The notes under the pieces: generated by a model
The model's input: only the letters and a program-made list of their open reading frames with translations
Database searches by the model: none
What the model was told of the DNA's origin: nothing
Origin: an uncultured delta proteobacterium
GTDB taxonomy: Bacteria; Desulfobacterota; RBG-13-43-22
DNA length: 64,000 nucleotides
Direction: 5' to 3'
Assembly: GCA_963711835.1 (NCBI GenBank)
Contig: CAVQFQ010000010.1
Coordinates: 32,001-96,000, forward strand
Part shown: positions 40,367 to 50,178 of the stretch, piece by piece
How positions within the stretch are numbered: position 1 is the first letter of the stretch
Layout: each line of letters starts with the position of its first letter
Translations under genes and position numbers: made by a program

Positions 40367-41473
40367 TTAGGATTGAATGATAAAACGGCGCATATGGATA
40401 TTCAGCAGCAGGCCGATCCCGATCAGGCTGGCCATAATGGAAGAACCGCCGTAACTGATAAAAGGCAAGGGGACCCCGACCACCGGGACCAGCCCAACCA
40501 CCATGCCCATATTTACTAAACTTTGCCAGAAAAAAATGGCGCAAATGCCCAAGGCCAGGAACAGACCGAAGCGGTCCTTGGATTGGCGGGCGATGTTCAA
40601 GGCCCATAAAATCAAAACCAGAAAAAGGGTGACCACTAAAAAGGAGCCCAGAAAACCCCATTCCTCGGCCAGAATGGAAAAGGCAAAATCGGTATGTTGT
40701 TCCGGTAAAAAGCGGAGTTGCCCCTGGGTCCCTTTTAAAAAACCTTTGCCCAAAAAACCTCCGGAGCCGACGGCGATTTTGGATTGGAGGATATGATACC
40801 CTGCTCCCAAGGGATCGGCTTCGGGCTGGATAAAAATCAAGAGCCTTTTCTTCTGATAATCCTTAAGAAACATCCAAAACAGGGGCAAGGAGAGAACCAG
40901 GACCCCGGCGGATATCATCAGGGTTTTCCATTCAATCCCAAGAAAGAGAAAAATGGACAGCGTGACCAACAATAATAAAAGGGCCGTCCCCAGGTCCGGC
41001 TGCTTCATAATCAACAGGGCCGGAAAGAGGGCCAGGCCGAAGGGGATATAAAGGTCCCGAAACCCGTAGCGGCGGGGAAGGTCGTTGCTGAAAAAATATT
41101 TGGCCAAGGCCAGGACCAGGGAAATTTTAACCAATTCGGAAGGTTGGAAGGCAAAAGAGGCCAGGGTCAGCCAGCGTTGGGATCCGGAGATGGATCGCCC
41201 GAAGAGCAGGACGGCCAGCAGCAAAAACAGAGAGAGCCCATACATCGGGTAGGCAATGGACAGCAAAAGGTGATAATCGAAAACAAGAACCAGCACCATC
41301 AATAAAAACCCGAAGCCTACCCAGTAAAGCTGTTTTAAATAAATGGGGGTGGCCGAACCTCCCTCGGTTTGCAAGGTGGCGGAAAAGAGGTTGATGATCC
41401 CGATCCCGATCAGGGCCAGGGTCAGGGACAGTAACAGCCAGTCAAAATTCTGGATTAACCGGCGATCAATCAC
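40367..41473 (-). CDS. rodA: Rod shape-determining protein RodA
   Basis: QPSELVK, QPDLGT, LPEQHTDF, LPFISYGGSS. Confidence 0.96.
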   Translation of the reverse strand: MIDRRLIQNFDWLLLSLTLALIGIGIINLFSATLQTEGGSATPIYLKQLYWVGFGFLLMVLVLVFDYHLLLSIAYPMYGLSLFLLLAVLLFGRSISGSQRWLTLASFAFQPSELVKISLVLALAKYFFSNDLPRRYGFRDLYIPFGLALFPALLIMKQPDLGTALLLLLVTLSIFLFLGIEWKTLMISAGVLVLSLPLFWMFLKDYQKKRLLIFIQPEADPLGAGYHILQSKIAVGSGGFLGKGFLKGTQGQLRFLPEQHTDFAFSILAEEWGFLGSFLVVTLFLVLILWALNIARQSKDRFGLFLALGICAIFFWQSLVNMGMVVGLVPVVGVPLPFISYGGSSIMASLIGIGLLLNIHMRRFIIQS

Positions 41474-43331
41474 TCTTTTCCTCCCCTAAGGGGCGTTGTT
41501 CCTCTGGGCCCTGCCCGGAAGAAGGGGAGGGGTTTACCTTGGCGGGCGTTTGGAAATAGGCCTCGAAAATCCGTCGGGCAATCGGGGCCGCGGCCGCCCC
41601 GCCGTGTCCGCCATGTTCCACCACTATGGCCATAGCCAATTCCGGCGCCTCCAGAGGGGCAAAGGCCACAAACCAGGCATGGTCTTTACCGCCCTTTTTA
41701 CCCAGGCTTACCACTTGAGCCGTTCCTGTTTTTCCGGCCGCCACAACACCCCAGATGCGAGCCGCTCCCCCCGTTCCGCCCGGTTCATTAACCACACCGG
41801 CCATGCCCTGACGAACAAGTTGCAGGTGTTCCGGGTTGAGTCGGAGCTCTCTTAACTTTTGCGGTTGAAACTCCCGGAGGACCTCTCCCCGCGGGGAAAC
41901 CAGTCTTTTTACCAGCGAAGGCCGAAGTAAAGAACCTCCGTTGGCCAGGGTGGCCGTTACCTGGGCCATCTGCAAAGGGGTTACGGTATTATAGCCCTGT
42001 CCTATGGCCAGGGAGAGCGTTTCCCCGGGTTGCCAGGGCTGCTTGAAGCGCTTCAATTTCCAGGCAGAAGTGGGGATCAGGCCTCCTTTTTCGGAATAAA
42101 GGGCAATCCCGGTAGGTTGCCCCAAACCAAAAAGCTGGGCATAATGAGCCAGGCGATCTACCCCTACGCGCATTCCCACATTATAAAAATAAACATCACA
42201 AGATTGAACAATAGCCTTATGGAGATTGACCGAGCCATGGCCTCCCGAGCGCCAGCAATGAAAAACCCGGTTTCCATAGGGTAGGGCGCCGTTACAAAAA
42301 AAAGGGGTCTCCGGGGTGATGACCTTTTCCCCCAGGCCGGCCAGGGCGGTAATCATTTTATAGGTAGAACCCGGCGGGTACTGACCCTGGATGGCCCGAT
42401 TTTGAAAGGGCTTTTGGGGATCGGTCAGCAGAGCGTTCCATTCCTTGGCTGAAAGCCTTCGGTTAAAGGAAGAGGGGTCGAAGGTTGGGGAACTGGCCAT
42501 GGCCAGGACCTCCCCGGTGGCCGGCTTCAGAACCACTACCGCTCCGGACCGGCCCTGGAGGGATTCCTGAGCCACCTTCTGCAGTTTCCAATCCAAGGTA
42601 GTGACCAGGTTATTCCCGGCCACTGATTCCTTGGTGTTGATCAGCCTTACTTCCTGCCCCAGGGCATTGACCTCCAGGAATCGCCCGCCCTTCTTCCCTC
42701 CCAATTCTTCCTGCCATTCCTTTTCCAGACCCCACTGCCCGATATAGTCGCCCATACGATTTTGGGGATAACCGCCGCTTTTCAGTTGCTTGGGAGTGAT
42801 TTCACCCAGATAACCGAGGAGGTGCGGCGCCACCAGCCCCAGGGGATAATTTCTCTGGGGGCTGACTTCGAGATAAATCCCCGGCATAAGGTAGCGGTAG
42901 GTTTCAATCAGTCCGACTTCATCCTGGGTAATGTCCAGTTTAATCGGAAGGGGATGGATGGGCCCGGCTTTTTTCTGGGCCAGACGTTCTTCGATCTGAT
43001 CTTTTTCCATGTGGAGCAACCGGGAGAGCTGTTCCTTTAAGAGATCCCAATCCTGAACATCATCCGGGATAACATAGAGATTAAAGGAAGGGCGGGAGCT
43101 GACCAGCATGATCCCCTGGCGGTCAAAGATAATCCCCCGGGCCGGCGGCATATCCAGAACCCGGATGCGGTTGTTTTCGGACAGCTCCTTGAAATGAGAA
43201 GCCCTGGCAATTTGGAGGTACCAGAATCGGGCCACCAGGCCGAAAAAGATGGCCAGGATCACGAAGGTGGCTATCAGGAACTGCTTGATCAGATCAGCCG
43301 GTTCATTTTCAAAAAACTTGGGCTGGGGCAT
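41466..43331 (-). CDS. mrdA: Penicillin-binding protein 2
   Basis: PGSTYK, SCD, GKTGT. Confidence 0.95.
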   Translation of the reverse strand: MPQPKFFENEPADLIKQFLIATFVILAIFFGLVARFWYLQIARASHFKELSENNRIRVLDMPPARGIIFDRQGIMLVSSRPSFNLYVIPDDVQDWDLLKEQLSRLLHMEKDQIEERLAQKKAGPIHPLPIKLDITQDEVGLIETYRYLMPGIYLEVSPQRNYPLGLVAPHLLGYLGEITPKQLKSGGYPQNRMGDYIGQWGLEKEWQEELGGKKGGRFLEVNALGQEVRLINTKESVAGNNLVTTLDWKLQKVAQESLQGRSGAVVVLKPATGEVLAMASSPTFDPSSFNRRLSAKEWNALLTDPQKPFQNRAIQGQYPPGSTYKMITALAGLGEKVITPETPFFCNGALPYGNRVFHCWRSGGHGSVNLHKAIVQSCDVYFYNVGMRVGVDRLAHYAQLFGLGQPTGIALYSEKGGLIPTSAWKLKRFKQPWQPGETLSLAIGQGYNTVTPLQMAQVTATLANGGSLLRPSLVKRLVSPRGEVLREFQPQKLRELRLNPEHLQLVRQGMAGVVNEPGGTGGAARIWGVVAAGKTGTAQVVSLGKKGGKDHAWFVAFAPLEAPELAMAIVVEHGGHGGAAAAPIARRIFEAYFQTPAKVNPSPSSGQGPEEQRPLGEEKSD

Positions 43332-43337
43332 TATCGG

Positions 43338-43832
43338 TTAGCCCAGAGCCGGCCTTTTCCCGAAGAAGACCTGGAAAAGGTAAAGTAGCGGTAAACTGAC
43401 CAACATGGTGATGACCGCCTGGAGGACACTTAAAAAAGACTGCTCTCTCGTAAAATCCTGGCCGAAAGACAGGTTCAAAATGAAATAGGTCAAAAAACAA
43501 TACAGTACTTGCAGGATTAGAACCGAAAAAACTTTAAAAAGTAAGGATTGGATGTTGGTCCGAACCCAGACGAAATGATAGATCCATAAAAGCAGCGGAT
43601 ATAAGGTCATACTTAAGCCCAGGATCCCCCAGGAAAGGATATCCACCCAAAGGCCCAAGAGGGCACTCAGGATAAGACCCATCCCCAAACGATCCTGGGT
43701 GGCCAGAAAAACAATAAGAATAAAGACCAGGTCCAGGCGAAAGGGGTTGATCCATTCGCCGTAGAGCCAGGTGGCCTGCAAGACCAATAAGACCAATCCC
43801 AACCCCAAATAGATAAAGAAGTCCTTAATCAT
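43338..43832 (-). CDS. mreD: Rod shape-determining protein MreD
   Basis: Hydrophobic, GLWVDIL; operon position. Confidence 0.8.
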   Translation of the reverse strand: MIKDFFIYLGLGLVLLVLQATWLYGEWINPFRLDLVFILIVFLATQDRLGMGLILSALLGLWVDILSWGILGLSMTLYPLLLWIYHFVWVRTNIQSLLFKVFSVLILQVLYCFLTYFILNLSFGQDFTREQSFLSVLQAVITMLVSLPLLYLFQVFFGKRPALG

Positions 43833-44673
43833 CCTGGGTTTCTTCCATAATCGGTAAAAGGGGCTTTTTTTGAAGAACCAGGACCTCTTCAATCCGGGAA
43901 ACCCTGGCGGCCGGAATCACCTCAATATAGAGAAAATTTCCCTTGGTCTGTGAAACGACTTTGTTTACCCATCCCAAGACCAGGCCTTTGGGAAAGACCT
44001 GGTCCAACCCTGAGGTCACCATGAGATCTCCGGTCTTTATATCCTCGGTCCGGGCCACATACTTGACTTGGCAGTGACCTTCACCCAAAAACCCGGTTAA
44101 CACCCCCCGAACCCGGGATCGTAAGGAGAGACAGTCGATGGCAAAATTCGGGTCATTCAGTAAAAGGACTTTGGCATAATGCCTGGAAGTTTTTTCGATC
44201 CGCCCGACCAGGCCGTCGGGGTGGATAACCGGCATGCCCCGGGAAAGGGCGTCTTTTCGACCTTTATTGATATAGAGGGTTTGGAGAAAAGGGCTGGGGC
44301 CCCTTCCCACTACTTCAGCCACCTGGGCCGGCCCCTCCTGATCCGTTTTAAGATTCAGGATTTTTTTAAGGCGTTCATGGGCCTGAACCACTTCCTGCAG
44401 GCGCACCTTTTCGGCCTTTAGATGGGCCAGCTCCTTTTTTAGCCGGTCGTTTTCTTTTTGGGCATTACTCAAGGACAGGTAGTGGTTCCAAAAAGAAACC
44501 AGGGAAGATTTTACGGTATTGAAAACGGAAAAAACCGGCACGAAACCATCGACCAATGAACTCTCCAATGGATTATAGTCCCGCTCCGTTTTGGTTATGG
44601 AAGAAAAGAAGATCAGGAGGGCTACTAAGACAAGCCAGATCAGAAGAAGATTTCGGAGTCTTTTAAAAAACAC
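43825..44673 (-). CDS. mreC: Rod shape-determining protein MreC
   Basis: TM, coiled coil, INKG, GLVGR, VTSGLDQVFPKGL. Confidence 0.93.
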   Translation of the reverse strand: MFFKRLRNLLLIWLVLVALLIFFSSITKTERDYNPLESSLVDGFVPVFSVFNTVKSSLVSFWNHYLSLSNAQKENDRLKKELAHLKAEKVRLQEVVQAHERLKKILNLKTDQEGPAQVAEVVGRGPSPFLQTLYINKGRKDALSRGMPVIHPDGLVGRIEKTSRHYAKVLLLNDPNFAIDCLSLRSRVRGVLTGFLGEGHCQVKYVARTEDIKTGDLMVTSGLDQVFPKGLVLGWVNKVVSQTKGNFLYIEVIPAARVSRIEEVLVLQKKPLLPIMEETQDD

Positions 44674-44707
44674 GCGCGCTTCCTTGACGCCTTAAGGATG
44701 AGTCCCT

Positions 44708-45748
<1,041 letters not shown>

Positions 45749-46048
45749 TTAAGGCTGTTCTAATCCGGTTGAATTTTTTACCTTTTCCCCTCTTCTCCTC
45801 TCCGGCTACGGAGGGGAAAAGTCTACCGCTCGGCCCGGTTAACGACCCGGGCAGCTAAGGGATCTAAAAAAGTTTAATATACTATCTTAGCCAATTTTTC
45901 TTTGGTTTTCAAGTTTTTTGCGGATTCGTGTTCAAGGGAGGAAATCCCCTCCTTTTTAAGGGAAAAATTTCCTGGTTTTGAAAAAAAGTTTATGATAAAT
46001 TCAACCGATGAAAACATAGGATGAATGGTGTCCTTTTGAGGAGGAGTT

Positions 46049-46789
46049 ATGAAACGTTTTGGCTGGCAGTTTTTCCTGGCCGCGGCCTTACTGGTCCTTT
46101 CGGTCCTGCTCTACCTGGCTCAGATCGAGCTCTTTCATAAAGTAGAGGATACCCTGTTCTACTTCTTCCAGGACCTGGCCTTTGTCCCGATCCAGGTCCT
46201 GTTGGTCACCCTCATTATCAACCAGCTTCTAAAGGTCCGGGAAAAGAAAGCCCTGGTTAAAAAACTGAACATGGTCATCGGTGTCTTTTACAGCGAAGTG
46301 GGTTCCCAGCTCCTGAGATTTTTTTATCGCCTCGAGCCCCGGGCCTCTGAAATCAGGAAAGAACTCTGGGTGAAGGAGAACTGGTCCAAAGGCCAGTTTA
46401 CCAAAGCCGGCAGGCTGTTTAAAAAATATCACTACCAGGTGGTCATCCAATTGAATGTACTGGAGGAACTGCGCTCCTTCCTGATGGAAAAGAGGAACCT
46501 GATGCTTCGCTTGCTGGAAAACCCCAACCTCCAGGAGCACGACACCTTCACCGACTTGATGTTGGCTGTTTTTCACCTCCACGACGAATTGGCCAACCGC
46601 GAAGGTCTTGCGAAGTTGCCGGAAAAGGACCTGGCCCATTTGGCCGTGGACCTCAAGCGGGCCATGGGCCTGGCGGTATCGGAGTGGCTGTTGTACTTAA
46701 GGCACTTGAAGGAAAACTACCCTTACCTGTATTCGCTGGAGGTGCGAAAAAACCCTTTTGATCCCCAGGCCTCCCCGGTAGTCCAATAA
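46049..46789 (+). CDS. Conserved hypothetical membrane-anchored protein
   Basis: Two N-terminal TMs, KLNMVIGVFYSEVG, LLENPNL, YPYLYSL; RBS GAGGAG. Confidence 0.75.
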   Translation: MKRFGWQFFLAAALLVLSVLLYLAQIELFHKVEDTLFYFFQDLAFVPIQVLLVTLIINQLLKVREKKALVKKLNMVIGVFYSEVGSQLLRFFYRLEPRASEIRKELWVKENWSKGQFTKAGRLFKKYHYQVVIQLNVLEELRSFLMEKRNLMLRLLENPNLQEHDTFTDLMLAVFHLHDELANREGLAKLPEKDLAHLAVDLKRAMGLAVSEWLLYLRHLKENYPYLYSLEVRKNPFDPQASPVVQ

Positions 46790-46790
46790 T

Positions 46791-47114
46791 TTAGTATCGT
46801 TCAAAAGTTGTGGCACTGGCGCATTATTGCCTGACTGGGGACCGGGGGGCTCGATTTCAAGGCTTGTCCAAAGGGTGATCCTTCTCGCCAATCCGGCCCA
46901 GATTTCTAAGGTTGGTTTAGAGCCGGGCATTCACCCAATCGAACAAACAGCTTTGGTGTAGGCCTACTTAAGGCATTATCGTCATCTTTCCAGTCCCGCT
47001 AAAAGCGGGATTTCAAGGTAAGGAGTTTATGGTGGACAACCTTGAAATCAAGACCCCCGGTCCCCTTCCATCGGGTATCAGAAATATAATGCCACAACTC
47101 TTGAACGATGCCAA
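46791..47114. mobile_element. MITE-like element copy 2 (intact, 324 bp)
   Basis: Outer IR TTAGTATCGTTCAAAAGTTGTGGCA/TGCCACAACTCTTGAACGATGCCAA; inner ~33-bp IR. Confidence 0.9.
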
Positions 47115-47225
47115 TAAGTTGGTTCTTCTCCCCCACCGATCCCGAAACTTCTTGAAATTTCACCAGGTATCCATTTTATGGTCTGTGAACCGGGCGTTGC
47201 CCCTGACTCCCTGACTCCAACCTTT

Positions 47226-47465
47226 TGTGCGGGCGCAGCCGACTATCAGAAATGTGTCCGGAAGGCCCCCTTGAAGGTCAAGGTTGTAGAGGGCCGGGAT
47301 GATTTTCCGGGCCGTAAGATCCCCGGAGGCCCCGATAATGACCAGGGTGCAGGGCTCCACTATCCCATCGATCAGACAGGCCCCCTGCGGAATTTGGAGA
47401 TCCGGCGCCGTGGCCGAGGCCAAGGCCTCCGGCAAAAGGTGTTCATTCGGATCGGTATCAGTCAT
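47226..47465 (-). pseudogene. zwf: N-terminal fragment of glucose-6-phosphate dehydrogenase
   Basis: [22 protein letters not shown]...IVGCART, then similarity lost. Confidence 0.8.
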
Positions 47466-47698
47466 GGAGGCTCCTTTCAAACCCCAGAGAGCAAGAAGGG
47501 TTTCCAGGGAGGAAATGTCATGCGGCCACGAAGATCGTGTTTTCGAAAACCGTCTCGGGATGATCTATGGTGGTATTATAGAGACCAGCGGAGGAGAAAT
47601 CAACTGGGGAGAAAGAACCTGGATCGGATAAGAGCGATCAGTGATCAGCTTTCAACAAGAAATCTTAAAAATGTCGGAGAGTTCCGGATGGATACTTT

Positions 47699-47734
47699 AA
47701 AAGGCCGCTCTCCCGATCGGGAAAGCGGCCTTTT
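47699..47734 (-). terminator. Intrinsic terminator after acsE
   Basis: AAAAGGCCGCTCTCCCGATCGGGAAAGCGGCCTTTT hairpin with T tails on both strands. Confidence 0.8.
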
Positions 47735-47758
47735 GTTATCGGTTTCCTCAGGGGCCGG

Positions 47759-48637
47759 TTATATTTCCAGCCAGGAATCGGAATAGAGGGTATGGCCCAG
47801 GATCACCTTGGCGGTTTTGACATAGTCCTGCATTTCTTTGGATAGGCTCCCCAGGTCAAGGGATTCGCCGTCCATGACCCTATGGACGATGGCGACGATA
47901 TCCGGCCGCGCGCCCCTGGCGATCTCCAGAATTTTGGAATCAAAGCCGTCCACGATACAGGAATACATGCCGTGCCGCTCGAGCATGATCATATAGGTCT
48001 GGTTTAAAATGGGCCGCAGGTGATCCGGGGGCCCGTTGGAGACGTTGGAAAGGCCGCAGGTCGATTTGGCCCCGGGGGCAATGTCCTGAAGCATACTCAT
48101 GAAGGTCAGGGTGCTCATAAGTTGCTGTTGTTGAATATTGACCGGGGTAATAATCGGATCGACAAAGATGTCTTCATTGGGGATGCCCGCTTCATTGGCG
48201 GCATAAAGCAGTTCGGCGGCCAGGACCCCCCGCTCATTCTCGTCCCGGGGCAGACCTTCCGGTCCCCAGAGCAGGGCGATCATATAGGACTCGTATTGTT
48301 TACACAGGGGCAGCATGACCGTGTAACGCTCCGGGCGGGCCATAATGGAATTGATAATGGCCTTTCCTTTATGAACCTTCAGCCCGGCTTCGATGGCCGC
48401 AATATTGGAGGTGTCCAGGGCCAGGGGGATGTCGGTCACCTCCTGGACGGTTTGGACGATCCAGCTCATCAGTTCCTCGCCGCCTTTTCGGGCCGGTCCC
48501 AGATTGATATCAATATAATCCACCTTGACTTGAGCCAGCTTTTCAGCCATGGCCCTGATGGGAGCCGGATCTTTTTCCTTGAAGGCCCGCCCGATCTGTG
48601 TGTTGATCACATTCAGATTCTCACCGATGCTGTACAT
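47759..48637 (-). CDS. acsE: Methyl-THF:corrinoid Fe-S protein methyltransferase
   Basis: Pterin-binding fold IGENLN, DINLG, LALDT, CGLSNVS; last gene of acs cluster. Confidence 0.88.
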   Translation of the reverse strand: MYSIGENLNVINTQIGRAFKEKDPAPIRAMAEKLAQVKVDYIDINLGPARKGGEELMSWIVQTVQEVTDIPLALDTSNIAAIEAGLKVHKGKAIINSIMARPERYTVMLPLCKQYESYMIALLWGPEGLPRDENERGVLAAELLYAANEAGIPNEDIFVDPIITPVNIQQQQLMSTLTFMSMLQDIAPGAKSTCGLSNVSNGPPDHLRPILNQTYMIMLERHGMYSCIVDGFDSKILEIARGARPDIVAIVHRVMDGESLDLGSLSKEMQDYVKTAKVILGHTLYSDSWLEI

Positions 48638-48697
48638 GTCTTCTTCTCCTTTGGTTTAAGCTGAAGGTTTACCCCTTTGAGCCTTACGCCTTGCGCT

Positions 48698-50041
48698 TTA
48701 TTTAAGTTCCCTTAAAAACTTGGGGATATGGGCGGCTTCCCGCGGGCCGACCTTGATCGTCCACCCGGGCAGTTCCTCTTCCAAATCTCCGGCGATGGAG
48801 GCCGCATAGCCCGGGATAATCAGGTTGCGGTGTTTGACCTTATCGGCAATGCCGGATTTCTTGATGAAGCTGCCCACCGCATCCCCGACGAATTTTCCGG
48901 CCGCCCAGGCGGTCATCACCGAAAGCCCTTCGGTATCCATGATACACAGCCAGGTCGGTATCCGGCTGCTCTCGATCTCTCCGGAAACGATAAAGTAGGT
49001 CAAAGAGAAATTGGAGGTAACGCAAACCGGAGAATTTTCATCGGGCCCATTGATCTCAAAAATACCCTGGGTCACGGTCATCGGCCTTTGAGGATCGGTG
49101 AAGATGTTCAACCGTTCCAAGAGCAAAGGAAAAACGGACTGCCCCTCAAAATCCGAAAAAACCACCACCCCGCTGTATTTGGCCACCATCAGAGCGCCCA
49201 TCAGGGTTTCGGTCTCCAAATCCTTGGCCATTTCAAAGGCCAGACAGATGGTCGGGAAGCCCAGGGCCTTTTCTTTCCCGGAAAGGGCGGCCCGCCGTAT
49301 GGCGATCTGGTCCTCAAGGACCTGCTTTATTCCTCTGGCCCCGGAATCCAGGACCAGGTCCTTTAATCCGGCCTGGGTCAGCTTGTTGCTCAAATCAATC
49401 AATTCATCCAGGTTGCCGCCCTTTACCGCCAGGGGGCACTTGGCTTCCTTGGCCAGATCGGCCAGGGCCTGCCAATTATCTTTGGTAGCGGCATACAGAA
49501 GCGGATTGCCGCCGGGACAGGCCTCCAGCCCGGCTTTCAGGACCTCCGCCCGGTCGCTCATCAGGATGAGACTGAAATTACTGGTTTCAAAAACCTGTTT
49601 AACCAATTCCCGAAACTTGGCGGCCTCCCCGCCCAGATCCTTGACCGCCACCAGTTCCGGTCTGAGGGTCAGTCCGACCCGCTCATACTGGAAGGTATCC
49701 CATTTCTTGAGCTTGGCCGCCACGACCTCCCGGCCCATGTCCGTAGTCACCAGGGCGCCGAACCCGGTCGGGTTAAAAAAGGTCTTTTCATGACGGAAAA
49801 GCACTGTTTCACCCCCGGTTTTTACACGGTGGTCACCGGCCCCGATGGTCAAAGGCCGAATCGGTGGTGCCGAGGCCTCGGCCAATTGGGCCTTGGCTTC
49901 TTCCGACACATAAGGGCAGGAAGCCAGCTCCGCCTTTCCTGAAGCCAGGTTCATGGCAAAGGCCAAACAGGTAGGGACCCCACATTCACCACAGTTGGTT
50001 TTGGGAAGCAGCTTGAATATCTGAATTCCTGTTAATCCCAT
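48698..50041 (-). CDS. acsC: Corrinoid Fe-S protein large (gamma) subunit
   Basis: LPKTNCGECGVPTCLAFA, TDPQRP, SVMTAWAAGKF. Confidence 0.95.
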   Translation of the reverse strand: MGLTGIQIFKLLPKTNCGECGVPTCLAFAMNLASGKAELASCPYVSEEAKAQLAEASAPPIRPLTIGAGDHRVKTGGETVLFRHEKTFFNPTGFGALVTTDMGREVVAAKLKKWDTFQYERVGLTLRPELVAVKDLGGEAAKFRELVKQVFETSNFSLILMSDRAEVLKAGLEACPGGNPLLYAATKDNWQALADLAKEAKCPLAVKGGNLDELIDLSNKLTQAGLKDLVLDSGARGIKQVLEDQIAIRRAALSGKEKALGFPTICLAFEMAKDLETETLMGALMVAKYSGVVVFSDFEGQSVFPLLLERLNIFTDPQRPMTVTQGIFEINGPDENSPVCVTSNFSLTYFIVSGEIESSRIPTWLCIMDTEGLSVMTAWAAGKFVGDAVGSFIKKSGIADKVKHRNLIIPGYAASIAGDLEEELPGWTIKVGPREAAHIPKFLRELK

Positions 50042-50108
50042 TCTCGTCTCCTTAAAATAATTTTTTACGCCCACCCCCCCTATGGGAGCGAGCGATCAAT
50101 CAATATAA

Positions 50109-50168
50109 AGGATTCAAGGGGTCAATGGACTGAATTTGAAATGCAGATCCTTGAACCCTTGAATCCTT
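50109..50168. repeat. Inverted 8-mer repeat hairpin
   Basis: aggattcaaggggtcaa ... ttgaacccttgaatcct; related units at 5669-5700 and 63411-63447. Confidence 0.6.
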
Positions 50169-50178
50169 CTTTTCCGAA

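Noticed and set aside
40353-40661. N-terminal 103 aa of the 1034-aa kinase ORF
   Set aside because: Overlaps rodA in another frame and has no domain-like content; TTG at 40352 is the more plausible start.
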